A stretch of 64,000 bases of DNA from an uncultured bacterium (GTDB taxonomy: Bacteria; Cyanobacteriota; Cyanobacteriia; Thermostichales; Thermostichaceae): NCBI GenBank assembly GCA_964434865.1, contig CAYSWV010000011.1, forward strand, positions 14,611 to 78,610, written 5' to 3'. Both the position numbers and the translations under genes were made by a program. This document shows, one piece after another, positions 28,271-37,794 of this stretch (position 1 is the first letter of the stretch; each line of letters opens with the position of its first letter). Under the pieces are notes generated by a model. That model saw nothing but the letters and a program-made list of their open reading frames with translations, was not told the origin of the DNA and did not search any database.

Positions 28271-29425
28271 ATGCAATTATCTCTGGTTGAATTTAAACAG
28301 CTGATTGAATCTGTAGGTGATCAACATATCACGATCTATTTACCCACTCACACTGCCGGCCCAGATATCCAACAAGATCCTATTCGACTGAAAAACCTGT
28401 TAGGACAAGCTGAAACTGAGCTACTTGATGCTGGCATTTCGTCACAAGAAGTGAAAAAGATGTTGAAGACAGCTAGCTCACTGCTGGACGACCACCCATT
28501 CTGGCGCTATCAAAGCCAAGGTTTAGCCCTGTTTATAACCTCTCAAGCTACTCGCATCTATCGGCTGCCTCTAGAGTTTGAGCCTTTGGTTACCATCACT
28601 GATCGGTTTCATCTCAAGCCACTGTTGCCTTTATTTTTTAATAACCGATACTATTACATTTTGGCATTGAGTCAGAACCTGGTGCGCCTTTTTCAGGCAA
28701 CACGGCATCAAGTTGTTGAGATACAGCTGCAAAACGTGCCCATTAGTTTGGCTGAAGCCTTAAAGTATGACGACCCAGAGAAGCAGCTGCAATACCACAG
28801 TGGTAGTAGTAACAGTCAACCCATTTATCATGGCCAGGCTACAAGCACAGATGACAGCAAATTAGCTATCAAGCGTTTCTTCACTGAAGTAGAATCGGGT
28901 CTACAGGCTTACCTCAAAAATGAAGATGCTCCCCTAGTGGTTGCTGCAGTGGATTATCTACAACCCATCTATCAGGCAGTGAATACTTATCCACATCTCC
29001 TAGATCAAGGTATTCCTGGTAACCCTGATGTAGCTAAGCCTGATGATCTCCGTGAGGCGGCTTGGTCAAAAGTTGCTGCTCTAATTGAGCGCTCTCATCT
29101 AGAGGCATTGAATCAATATCGGGCCATGCAGGGAACAGGTAAAACGACTAATCAGCTCCCACAACTTCTGCTAGCTGCCTACCGAGGACAAGTTGAAACC
29201 TTGTTTATCCCTGAAAATGCCCATGTTTGGGGACTATTTGATCCAGATTCTGGACAGCTCACAGAACAGGACGGACCTCAACTCGGTAACTATGACTTGC
29301 TAGATCTGGCTGCCATGCAAACCTTCTCACAGGGAGGCATTGTGTATACTTTGGATCCTGATCTAATGCCAGATAGAGTGTCTACTGCCGCAGTTTATCG
29401 CTACAGTAATCCCATAAAGGTCTGA
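28271..29425 (+). CDS. Conserved hypothetical protein (possibly release-factor-fold 'baeRF'-like; unverified)
   Basis: ORF with ATG at 28271 (the track starts at TTG 28250). The N-terminal ITIYLPTHTAGPDIQQDPIRLKNLL pattern is recalled from uncharacterised bacterial families. Confidence 0.35.
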   Translation: MQLSLVEFKQLIESVGDQHITIYLPTHTAGPDIQQDPIRLKNLLGQAETELLDAGISSQEVKKMLKTASSLLDDHPFWRYQSQGLALFITSQATRIYRLPLEFEPLVTITDRFHLKPLLPLFFNNRYYYILALSQNLVRLFQATRHQVVEIQLQNVPISLAEALKYDDPEKQLQYHSGSSNSQPIYHGQATSTDDSKLAIKRFFTEVESGLQAYLKNEDAPLVVAAVDYLQPIYQAVNTYPHLLDQGIPGNPDVAKPDDLREAAWSKVAALIERSHLEALNQYRAMQGTGKTTNQLPQLLLAAYRGQVETLFIPENAHVWGLFDPDSGQLTEQDGPQLGNYDLLDLAAMQTFSQGGIVYTLDPDLMPDRVSTAAVYRYSNPIKV

Positions 29426-29618
29426 CTTCAAGAACTTGAGTAGGAGGATATCAGTCGGCTCCATCTGGCTACCGAAAAAACCTGTTCACAATCAACCTAA
29501 AGAGCACCTGCCAAGATCTCAGGAGTTATTGCTCTTTAATAACTCTAGGACAGGTATAGTTGGTCAACATACCACTCACCTAGCATCTATTGGATGAGAA
29601 GGTATTGATTAAGACTCT

Positions 29619-30092
29619 TTAGCTAGATAAATTAGCTCTGATCTCACTCTCTTGCTCGTGGTAGATTTCCTTCTCGCGGTTGATGAAAATATCTGCCAAG
29701 CTATTGTAAGCTTCCGTCCAGGCTTCCATCACAGATGGAGTGGCAGCATCTCCCAAAACATCTTTCATTGCGGCCAACAAGCATTCCCCAATAACAGGGT
29801 ATTGTTCGGCAATTACACGAGTCTTGACATGAGCTTTGGCAATGTGTTCTACTGCATCGCCTAATTTATCTAGCTCATCAATGTGGTTGGCATAGGCATA
29901 GACAGATGCTGCTAACTTTGCAGCTTGTTTGCGACCTTCTGTTTCACTCTTCATGTGAGTGTTCTCGAAGAACCTTCTATATTCAGGACGCTCATTGAAG
30001 GCAATTTCATACATTCTTTCTGTGATTGCATGGCCATGTTCTTTCACTACAGGAGCAGTTGCTTTAACGATCTCGATGGTTTCTGGTTTCAT
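29619..30092 (-). CDS. Single-domain globin (flavohaemoglobin/Vitreoscilla-type globin domain only)
   Basis: MKPETIEIVKATAPVVKEHG, proximal-His region IAKAHV, QYPVIGECLLAAMKDVLGDAAT, and FINREKEIY (compare Hmp FINREAEIY). There is no FAD/NAD reductase module. Confidence 0.8.
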   Translation of the reverse strand: MKPETIEIVKATAPVVKEHGHAITERMYEIAFNERPEYRRFFENTHMKSETEGRKQAAKLAASVYAYANHIDELDKLGDAVEHIAKAHVKTRVIAEQYPVIGECLLAAMKDVLGDAATPSVMEAWTEAYNSLADIFINREKEIYHEQESEIRANLSS

Positions 30093-30660
30093 GTGAAGTA
30101 GAAGATAAGGATCAATTGATTGGTACCTAACGGCCTCACAATTAGCTTCATCGTTGACCAAGCTGAGAGGCGTGTGGACACCTCAAAACTCTACCCCAGA
30201 AGCTGACTTTGGTCCAACTAAGTAGATCGGGGTAAATAAATTGCACTAAAAATGGCTGAAACCCTTGCTTTACCGTCATCCAACGCAGGATCATAACCTT
30301 GACCTACTTACCTCACAGAAATAGCAATTCTCACCTTGACCATGATGGCCCACTGCAGCATGGGAATGCGGATCCGTTCAGTAGTTGAGTTCTTGAGTTA
30401 CTAGCACTCACTTGCCAAATCTGGTCGACATAGTCATCTGGGTGTGTGTCTCATGCTAGATCGTAGTAACCTGCCACGTGGACACATCTACCCACCCAAT
30501 CTCTTGCTGCCGTTGCTTCATGATGGGGGAAACTCACTGGTTGACAAGGAACCTTGATAGCTTCACAGTCGATCTGGTGCAGCATTGAGTTAGGCCTCGA
30601 AGTGAGATTTATTAGCCTTAAGAAAAATGTTGGTTGTAGTGAAGGATCAGTCTTTCAGAA

Positions 30661-30960
30661 CTATGAATGAGTTACACAAGTCATAGTACCGATAAAACTA
30701 CCTCCTTTGCTTATCCCTATCATTAATCTTGGAAAAACACAGCCTGTTCCACCATTATCATCTCGTATTGCCTCTTGACCAATTGAGATAAACACTGGGG
30801 TTCGCAACTCAGGTTGATTATGAAACCAATCTATCATCGATTGCCAACATGATAGGTATTCTCTACATTCGTCTGCTTCTTTATCTTCTTCAGCAACATC
30901 TTCAACGGATAAGCACTCTTCGATAACATTCCACCATGGAGCGAAAACTTCATCAAACAT
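30661..30960 (-). CDS. Small acidic hypothetical protein in an AT-richer spacer
   Basis: 99-aa ORF with no motifs. The local composition is visibly more AT-rich than the flanks. Confidence 0.3.
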   Translation of the reverse strand: MFDEVFAPWWNVIEECLSVEDVAEEDKEADECREYLSCWQSMIDWFHNQPELRTPVFISIGQEAIRDDNGGTGCVFPRLMIGISKGGSFIGTMTCVTHS

Positions 30961-31236
30961 TTCCTCTGGGTGGGTTGGCTTTAGAAAGACTGAATCATAA
31001 CAAAAAGCTTGAATAAAGGTTGTGATGTGATTGCAGTCACGGTCTAAATTGGCTTAAGCCTTGATTATGAAGTTAGGGATGTACTTGAAGGTTAGAAAGT
31101 CTGCTGACTTGAGTGAGGCTTTAAGTTGATTCTAAATCTAAAGCACTGATATTAAATACTATAAACTTTCAGTACTTTCATCCCAGAGGTAGCTGAAAAT
31201 AAAAGAGATCGCACTAAACCGATCAAGGACCAGTAC

Positions 31237-31920
31237 ATGATCGACCAGGTTGACCACCAGCTGCGAGCGTGGGTGTTAACAGTCTTGGGTCCCGCTATGC
31301 CAGTCTCGCTAGCAGCACCTTCTGATTCAAGAGAGGGGCATGGAGTGAGTCTGTACCTTTTAGATGTCAAGCATCAGCCTCGGAGAACTGATAACCAGCA
31401 GATCGTGCTGCATTTGTCTCTCCTGTATCTAGTTACGACCTGGGCTGAAGAACCAGAGGAATCTCACCGACTCCTAGGTTTACTAATTCTGGCTGCATTG
31501 GAAACAGCTGACTTTGAGGTTCAACTTGATCCGATCCCAATTTCAAGCTGGGCTGCTCTTAAAGTCATACCTCAACCAGCTTTTTTAATGCGGTTGCCTT
31601 TGACCTATCGACAGCCTATGGGCAAAGTTCCGCGTGTGAAAACAATGCGACTACAATCCTCAATCCTGACTCAGTGGTACGGTCAAGTCTTAGACCCAAG
31701 TGATCAGCCCATTTCCCAAGCCAAGGTGGAAGTCCCCTCTCTACACTTAGAAACCTACACCAACATTGATGGCAATTTTCAGCTTGTGGCTGTGCCGCAG
31801 GGGGCTCTCATTCAAACCTTGAAAGTCCAGGTTTACGATCAGGACTTCTCAATTACGTTACCTGAACCTGCTACCCCTCATCACCCGATCATTGTTCGCT
31901 TAGAAGCGATGGAGGTCTAA
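31237..31920 (+). CDS. CIS cap/terminator-like protein (DUF4255 / Pvc16-Afp16 N-terminal domain) with C-terminal CarboxypepD_reg-like beta domain
   Basis: N-terminus MIDQVDHQLRAWVLTVLG...VSLAAP...GVSLYLLDV...LSLLYLVTTW fits the DUF4255 pattern. The C-terminus GQVLDPSDQPISQAKVEV...TNIDGNFQLVAVPQG looks like a carboxypeptidase-regulatory fold. Confidence 0.7.
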   Translation: MIDQVDHQLRAWVLTVLGPAMPVSLAAPSDSREGHGVSLYLLDVKHQPRRTDNQQIVLHLSLLYLVTTWAEEPEESHRLLGLLILAALETADFEVQLDPIPISSWAALKVIPQPAFLMRLPLTYRQPMGKVPRVKTMRLQSSILTQWYGQVLDPSDQPISQAKVEVPSLHLETYTNIDGNFQLVAVPQGALIQTLKVQVYDQDFSITLPEPATPHHPIIVRLEAMEV

Positions 31921-33147
31921 ATGCCAACTTATTTGACCCCTGGTGTATATATTGAAGAAGTCTCCTCTGGAACCCGACCTATAGAAGCCGTTGGAACCAG
32001 TACAGCTGGATTTGTAGGTGTAGCACCCAATCCGTCAGCTCATCACCATCAAGTCATTGCCATCAATAACTGGAGTCACTTTCTCCGAGAGTTCGTGTCG
32101 CCAGGATCTGAAAGTACATTCCTGTCATTAGCTGTCTTTGGCTTTTTTACAAATGGTGGCAGCCGTTGTTATGTCGTTAACTTAGGTCAAGATGGAGCTA
32201 TGACAGGGGATAGTCGGGGTCGCAAAGGACTAGACTTACTGGAAGCTATTGAAGACATTGCCATTGTGGCCGCTCCAGGTCTGTCAGATGCAGCGACCTA
32301 TGAAGCATTATTATCCCATTGTGAAAACCTCCACGATCGTGTTGCTATCCTAGATCCCCCTCCCCAGCTACAATCTATTGATCAACTTAAGCAAGTAGCG
32401 ATAGCTGGAGATTCGGCAGGTTCTGAAGGTTTAGCCACAACAGCAGTTACCCCAGGATTACGACCTCGACAGACTGATGGAGGGTATGGGGCGTTTTACT
32501 TTCCCTGGATCACGATTCGAGATCCATTGGCTACGCAGACAATGATTAATGCCCCTCCATCAGGCCATATAGCAGGTATTTACGCTCGCACCGATGCAAC
32601 TCGAGGTGTGCAGAAGGCACCTGCTAATGAGATCATTCGAGGGGTTCTAGATGTCACCTACCCAGTCACCCATGCCGAACAAGGGGAACTCAATCGTAGT
32701 GGTGTCAACTGTATTCGATTATTTGCAGGAGAAGGGATCCGAGTGTGGGGAGCTAGAACCCTAGCAGCAAGCAGTAGTGAATGGCGGTATCTGAACGTAC
32801 GACGCTTATTCAATATGATTGAAGCATCCATTATTAGAAGTACACGGTGGGTTGTCTTTGAACCTAATGCAGCTCCCCTCTGGAAGGCTATTCGCCGGGA
32901 TGTGAGTGCCTTTTTGACATTGTTATGGCGGCAAGGATCTCTAATGGGAGCTAGTCCGGAAGCCGCCTTTTTTGTGCAATGTGATGCCGAAACTAATCCA
33001 CCTGAGGTGATTGATGCTGGCATGGTCATTACTGTGATTGGCATTGCACCGATCAAACCAGCTGAATTTGTCATTTTCAAGATTAGTCAATCAGCCTCAG
33101 CAGCAGAATCTGAAACACCAGGTATGGAGGTAGCTAGCAATGTCTAA
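31921..33147 (+). CDS. Contractile tail sheath protein (Afp2-4/Cis2-like)
   Basis: Canonical N-terminus MPTYLTPGVYIEEV...GTSTAGFVGVAP. C-terminal IRVWGARTL...WRYLNVRRL...VFEPN...KPAEFVIF. Confidence 0.9.
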   Translation: MPTYLTPGVYIEEVSSGTRPIEAVGTSTAGFVGVAPNPSAHHHQVIAINNWSHFLREFVSPGSESTFLSLAVFGFFTNGGSRCYVVNLGQDGAMTGDSRGRKGLDLLEAIEDIAIVAAPGLSDAATYEALLSHCENLHDRVAILDPPPQLQSIDQLKQVAIAGDSAGSEGLATTAVTPGLRPRQTDGGYGAFYFPWITIRDPLATQTMINAPPSGHIAGIYARTDATRGVQKAPANEIIRGVLDVTYPVTHAEQGELNRSGVNCIRLFAGEGIRVWGARTLAASSSEWRYLNVRRLFNMIEASIIRSTRWVVFEPNAAPLWKAIRRDVSAFLTLLWRQGSLMGASPEAAFFVQCDAETNPPEVIDAGMVITVIGIAPIKPAEFVIFKISQSASAAESETPGMEVASNV

Positions 33148-33589
33148 TGGATTACGTACCGGTCATCGAACGGATCCTTACCGAGCTTATAATTTCAAAT
33201 TAGACATTTTAGGTGTCACGGAGGGACATTTTACAGCGTGTAGTGGGCTGGGTATCAAAGTTCATGCTATCCCTTACCGAGAAGGAGGTACCCGTGGTGT
33301 AATTCATCAGCTACCAGGTCGGGTTGCGTATGGGGATGTGACACTCCGATATGGCCTGACTGACTCTCGGTCGCTATGGGACTGGCTGATGAGTGCAGTT
33401 AGTGGCAAGGTGGTCCGGAAAAATGCTTCTGTGCTCTTGATGGCTAATGATGGTGTGACTGAAGTGATGCGGTGGGAGTTAATTGATGCCTGGCCGTCAG
33501 AATGGCGAGGGGCCCCGCTAGATACGTTAGCTCAAGAAGTTGCCATTGAATCTCTGACACTGGTCTTTGAAGAGTTGAAGCGAGCATAA
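33140..33589 (+). CDS. Tail tube protein (Afp1/5, T4 gp19-like)
   Basis: DPYRAYNFKLDILGV..GHFTACSGLG...YREGG. The start overlaps the sheath stop by 8 nt. Confidence 0.9.
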   Translation: MSNGLRTGHRTDPYRAYNFKLDILGVTEGHFTACSGLGIKVHAIPYREGGTRGVIHQLPGRVAYGDVTLRYGLTDSRSLWDWLMSAVSGKVVRKNASVLLMANDGVTEVMRWELIDAWPSEWRGAPLDTLAQEVAIESLTLVFEELKRA

Positions 33590-33594
33590 GTCTC

Positions 33595-34812
33595 ATGAAT
33601 ACCTTTAAGCGACAATTATTACTAGCTATTGCTCACACCTTACAACAATGGGCAAACGCACTCTTGAGCCTGACTGAAGCCTCTAAGTCCAACTGCAATT
33701 TAGAAGTTGGCTCAGTTGGTGGGCCACCTGCTCATTGGGTAGCACGGGTGCAATCGGCAGCCCCCCACCTCTTAGACCCAGACTTGCTTAACTTTACAGT
33801 AAAAGGCCCTCAATCAATCAATAGAGTAGATTTAATTTCAGAGACTGACCCTAACTCACCCATCCTGAAAACATCTATTGATCAACCTCTTAACCTAGCC
33901 CCAGATCAAAGAAGCCACTCACGCTACAGCCATAATCACGATCAGTTTAGTTACTCACTCCTTCAAAAGAGACGACCTCCCCTTCATGATTCTGTACCTC
34001 CACCTGTGACAACAACCCAGTGGGAACCAAGCGAGTACTCCGAGCCTAATGGTCAGGATGATCTTACTCAGCAGACTCATTCTTATAGGCCACCTCCTCC
34101 AATCTTTCAATCACCAGCCTACTCCCATGAATACAACCAGATTCTGGCAGCCGCGGTTCCTACTGTGTCGCCTCAGACCCAATTTCAACAACAGGAGCAG
34201 CAGTCTCTAATACAACAAGAGTCAAACTTAGACCGAACATCCTCTGAAAACTTACCACTCATTACACAGCTAGATCACTCAACGCCTCCTATTGCCATCA
34301 AACTGATCCCTCCTCCGGTAGGTTCAAACAGATCTCATCAAGTCCGATCTAGTCAGTCCTACTCTGAGGTTATCCCCCATGCAAAAGATACACAGATGCC
34401 TCAAAGGGATCGGCCTATCTTACCTGACTCGCTTCCCAAGCAAGTGGCTATCCAGGATAGTTACAATCAGCAAACAATGCCATATCCTGTGCATCAGGTA
34501 CAAGCCATTCGATCGACTGCAGTAAAAACAACCTTGAGGTCTCAACAATCCGGATTAAGCGTTAGCCGCCAATCGCTAGAGCCTGAGCTTTCCACTCACG
34601 ACCCAAAAACTGAACAGCCTGATCTGAATGAGGTATGCCTAGTCAACTATCACCCGTTTGTTACACCTGAGGTGTCACTTGAATCTATGTGGCCTTCACT
34701 GCCAGTAACCACTGATTCTGATCCTGCTACTTTCTGGCCAACCTTTTGGCACGCTCAGGACCATCAACAGATCTTAGACCAAGAACAAAGAGGTCAGCGA
34801 TGGAACGAGTAG
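33595..34812 (+). CDS. Q/P/S-rich low-complexity protein in the tape-measure/assembly position
   Basis: 405 aa. The N-terminal ~30 aa look helical, followed by >300 aa rich in Q, P and S. The C-terminus is aromatic (FWPTFWHAQDHQQ). It sits between the tube and Afp7-like genes, where P2/pyocin tails place the tape measure. Confidence 0.45.
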   Translation: MNTFKRQLLLAIAHTLQQWANALLSLTEASKSNCNLEVGSVGGPPAHWVARVQSAAPHLLDPDLLNFTVKGPQSINRVDLISETDPNSPILKTSIDQPLNLAPDQRSHSRYSHNHDQFSYSLLQKRRPPLHDSVPPPVTTTQWEPSEYSEPNGQDDLTQQTHSYRPPPPIFQSPAYSHEYNQILAAAVPTVSPQTQFQQQEQQSLIQQESNLDRTSSENLPLITQLDHSTPPIAIKLIPPPVGSNRSHQVRSSQSYSEVIPHAKDTQMPQRDRPILPDSLPKQVAIQDSYNQQTMPYPVHQVQAIRSTAVKTTLRSQQSGLSVSRQSLEPELSTHDPKTEQPDLNEVCLVNYHPFVTPEVSLESMWPSLPVTTDSDPATFWPTFWHAQDHQQILDQEQRGQRWNE

Positions 34813-35555
34813 CTTTTTTACTGGAACCTCTGGGACATCGTATTCCCTGTCTACTCAACCCTGAGAGTCTAGAAATTCGACGGTTAGCTGGACTACAGCC
34901 GTGCCGATCTATAACAGGTGAGATTAAAGGCATTGCTGACGATACGCTATTGTACACAGGTGGAGGCCAGACTGAACTTGATCTCAAATTGTTGTTTGAT
35001 ACTTCAGTTGCAGGAGCCTCAGTAGTTACAGAAGATGTGCGTGACCTCACTGGGCCGCTGTGGCAACTAGCAGAAAACCTAGTGAAGCCTGATCAGTCGC
35101 TGCAACCTCCAATTGTCCGGTTTATTTGGGGAAAGAGTTGGAATATTCCGGGTGTAGTAGCTGCTGTCGCTGAACGCTTGGAGGACTTTACCCGTACCGG
35201 TATTCCCCGGAGATCATGGATGCGAATGCGTTTTCTCCGAGTGCTGCCTTCCAAAGCTGAACGACAACCAGTTTCTTCAGTTGATCAAGTACAAGCTATT
35301 CTAGCGATTGAGTCACCAGGTAGTCTCAAACTAGATGTGCCAGATGAGCAAATTCAGCAGTATGAAGTTACTTACAACAGTAGACCTGACACCATCACTT
35401 CTGATCTAGGCTTGCCCCCCTGGTTATGGAAAGCCCTGATGATTTTCAATCACGTTGAGGATCCTTTACACTTGCCCCCTGGACAAATACTGCGAGTTCC
35501 TCCCCTTCCCTATCTATTGCAAATTCATGCCCGATCCTTGGGGGCCATGTCATGA
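34800..35555 (+). CDS. Afp7/Pvc7-like tube-initiator protein with degenerate C-terminal LysM
   Basis: Start at MERVAFLLEPLGHRIPCLLNPESLEIRR. GGGQTELDLKLLFD and PPIVRFIWGKSWNIPGVV...F fit the CIS tube-N / LysM protein pattern. The C-terminal ...PLHLPPGQILRVPP is LysM-like. Confidence 0.7.
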   Translation: MERVAFLLEPLGHRIPCLLNPESLEIRRLAGLQPCRSITGEIKGIADDTLLYTGGGQTELDLKLLFDTSVAGASVVTEDVRDLTGPLWQLAENLVKPDQSLQPPIVRFIWGKSWNIPGVVAAVAERLEDFTRTGIPRRSWMRMRFLRVLPSKAERQPVSSVDQVQAILAIESPGSLKLDVPDEQIQQYEVTYNSRPDTITSDLGLPPWLWKALMIFNHVEDPLHLPPGQILRVPPLPYLLQIHARSLGAMS

Positions 35556-37036
35556 AATCTATCGTAACCCTACCTCCACTTCAGGTTCAGGTTGCTGGAC
35601 ATTCATTGTTGCTAAGTGATCAGTGTCAACTCTTGGAAACTCGGATTCAACAGCGACTCTCCTTACCAACCCTTTGCGAAGTCAGGTTGTTAGTCACTGG
35701 GGATCATCAACCTAACTTAAGCTTGGGATCGGCATTAAATCTATCTCTACCTACACACCCAGCACCATTATTTATAGGACAGATCACAGCTGTTGAACAG
35801 ATTTACACTACCCAATATCAACGAGAGATCCGGATCCGGGGGTATGATCAGCTCTATCAACTGCGGCAAACGTCTACAACTGGTACGTATATCCAAGTGA
35901 CTGTTGCTGAACTGGCACAGGAGATGGTTACCAAGTTAGCCCTGGTGGTAGCTGCAACAGAATCAGGACCCTTGTGGGAACAAATCATTCAAGCTGGCCA
36001 GTCTGATGCTGAGTTACTGAGAACTATAACTGATCGATGTGGTCTTTATTTTACCCTTCGTCAACATGTGCTGCATCTATTCTCACTCAAAGGATTTGGC
36101 CCAGCCCAGCCCCTTCAGTTGGGAGATACCTTGGTTGAAGCTCGGATTGAATCCAACAGCGATCCAGTAACTACAGCGGTTTCGCTATTGGGTTGGAATC
36201 CTCAAAGTGTAGAGACTTACACCAGTCAAGCAGAACAGCTCGTACAACATTATCAGAAAAGCCATTACCAGCAACGCTCGCTGATTAATATGACAGTACA
36301 AGATCAAGGGCAAGCCGATGTATTTGCTCAACGTGAGTTGTCCTTACGTTCAGCTCAAGCGGTAACTTTGTGGGGAGTAGCCGTGGGTCAACCCGCCCTC
36401 CAGCCAGGGACACCTGTTGATATTGATGGAATGCCTGGATCCCCTTGTAGTCGCTTTGTTCTAACGTCGGTTAATCATCTAATCAATCCCCATCAAGGCT
36501 ATATTTCTGAGATTTCTTCAGTTCCTCCTCGATCCCATGATCGTTCTGAAGTGCCGACTCTAGCACCAGGAGTTGTCAGTGATGTTGATGATCCAGAGCA
36601 AGAGGGGCGTGTGAAAGTAACTCTGCCAACACTGCAGGATGTCGAATCTAGCTGGATGAAGGTCCTGTCTCCCTTAGCAGGGATGCAAAAGGGCTGGGTG
36701 GCTTTGCCAAATGTGGAAGATACTGTGTTGGTGATCTTTCCACAGGGTCTTTATACTCAGGGTATTATCCTTGGTTGTTTATATGGACCTGCAACTCAGC
36801 CAGATTGGGGCTTAGATCAGGGGCGGGTATGCCGCTACACTTTTGTAAGTCCAGGTCAACAACAAATACAGATTGATGATACCCAAGGTAAAGTGCGCCT
36901 AGAGAATGTCACGGGCAGTTATGTTGAGTTAAGACCGGAATGCTCAGTTGTTCATGCACAAGGAGATCTACAGTTAGAAGCTCCTAATCATACCGTCTGG
37001 ATTCGTGGACAATCGATTGAGTTCGAGAGAGCCTAA
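35552..37036 (+). CDS. Baseplate hub/spike (phage late control gpD + VgrG/gp5 OB-fold, Afp8-like)
   Basis: 494 aa. gpD-like N-terminal two thirds. C-terminal DDPEQEGRVKVTLP...SWMKVLSPLAG...WVALPNVEDTVLVIF matches the VgrG/gp5 OB-fold pattern. ATGA overlap with the upstream gene. Confidence 0.8.
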   Translation: MKSIVTLPPLQVQVAGHSLLLSDQCQLLETRIQQRLSLPTLCEVRLLVTGDHQPNLSLGSALNLSLPTHPAPLFIGQITAVEQIYTTQYQREIRIRGYDQLYQLRQTSTTGTYIQVTVAELAQEMVTKLALVVAATESGPLWEQIIQAGQSDAELLRTITDRCGLYFTLRQHVLHLFSLKGFGPAQPLQLGDTLVEARIESNSDPVTTAVSLLGWNPQSVETYTSQAEQLVQHYQKSHYQQRSLINMTVQDQGQADVFAQRELSLRSAQAVTLWGVAVGQPALQPGTPVDIDGMPGSPCSRFVLTSVNHLINPHQGYISEISSVPPRSHDRSEVPTLAPGVVSDVDDPEQEGRVKVTLPTLQDVESSWMKVLSPLAGMQKGWVALPNVEDTVLVIFPQGLYTQGIILGCLYGPATQPDWGLDQGRVCRYTFVSPGQQQIQIDDTQGKVRLENVTGSYVELRPECSVVHAQGDLQLEAPNHTVWIRGQSIEFERA

Positions 37037-37038
37037 CT

Positions 37039-37386
37039 ATGTACATCTTGACTGAAAATGCTGTGATGGTCTGTCAACATCGCCTCGGGTATGTGAATCT
37101 AGTTGCATCTCAGAACTGGGTCAAAATGGCAGGACAGAAGGTGTTAGTTGAACGAGATCCTGAGGGTAGACCTATAGGGGGCTGCCCCAACTATGGAGCT
37201 ACTATCAAGCCCTGTACATCAACACTAGCTGTGCACGTTGGCTACTCCAGCTTGATCAAAATTGCAGGTAGACGTGTCTGTTTGGATACAGTAAGAGGCC
37301 TTACAGACGGCACACCTCCTGGGACCGTGGAGTACGAAGTGAGTCAAGCTGGACAGTCTTTAGTTATAGAACGAGGACCATCATGA
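37039..37386 (+). CDS. PAAR-like / DUF4280-like spike tip protein (Afp10 position)
   Basis: 115 aa and Cys-containing (VCQH, GGCPN, KPCTS, RVCLD). It lies directly after the spike gene. Confidence 0.55.
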   Translation: MYILTENAVMVCQHRLGYVNLVASQNWVKMAGQKVLVERDPEGRPIGGCPNYGATIKPCTSTLAVHVGYSSLIKIAGRRVCLDTVRGLTDGTPPGTVEYEVSQAGQSLVIERGPS

Positions 37387-37790
37387 GTCGCTTTAATGCC
37401 TGGCAATTGGTGCCTCGTGACGGGTCATTGGCTGGATTCAGTCTTTCAGCTACAGGAGGGATGGCTACAGTTTCAGATCAGGCTTCTGTAAGGCAAGCCA
37501 TTCTACTCTTACTAGCCACTCGACGAGGGGAGCGGGTCATGCATCCTGAGTATGGCTGTGATCTTCATGATCTAGTGTTTGCACCTAATGATGATACAAC
37601 AGCAGGACTGGCCATTTACTACGTCCGGCAAGCTTTAGAACGTTGGGAACCCCGAGTTACTATTCTGCAACTAGATGCCAGACAAGATCCAGAACAACCA
37701 ACTCAGCTCCAGATTATCCTTGACTATCAATTACGTACCCCGAGTTCGCCGGAACGACTAGTCTTTACCCTGGATCTCACAGGAGGCTAA
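37383..37790 (+). CDS. Baseplate wedge protein gp25/GPW (Afp9-like)
   Basis: SVRQAILLLLATRRGERVMHPEYGCDLHDLVFAPN is the canonical GPW/gp25 motif. Confidence 0.9.
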   Translation: MSRFNAWQLVPRDGSLAGFSLSATGGMATVSDQASVRQAILLLLATRRGERVMHPEYGCDLHDLVFAPNDDTTAGLAIYYVRQALERWEPRVTILQLDARQDPEQPTQLQIILDYQLRTPSSPERLVFTLDLTGG

Positions 37791-37794
37791 CAGC

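Noticed and set aside
32658-33080. 140-aa minus-strand ORF inside the sheath gene. Similar antisense ORFs occur at 13769..14071, 20788..21292, 34727..35050, 52202..52627 and 55567..55971.
   Set aside because: These are antisense shadows of well-supported genes. Their composition is low-complexity or Arg/Ser-rich and they have no independent signals.
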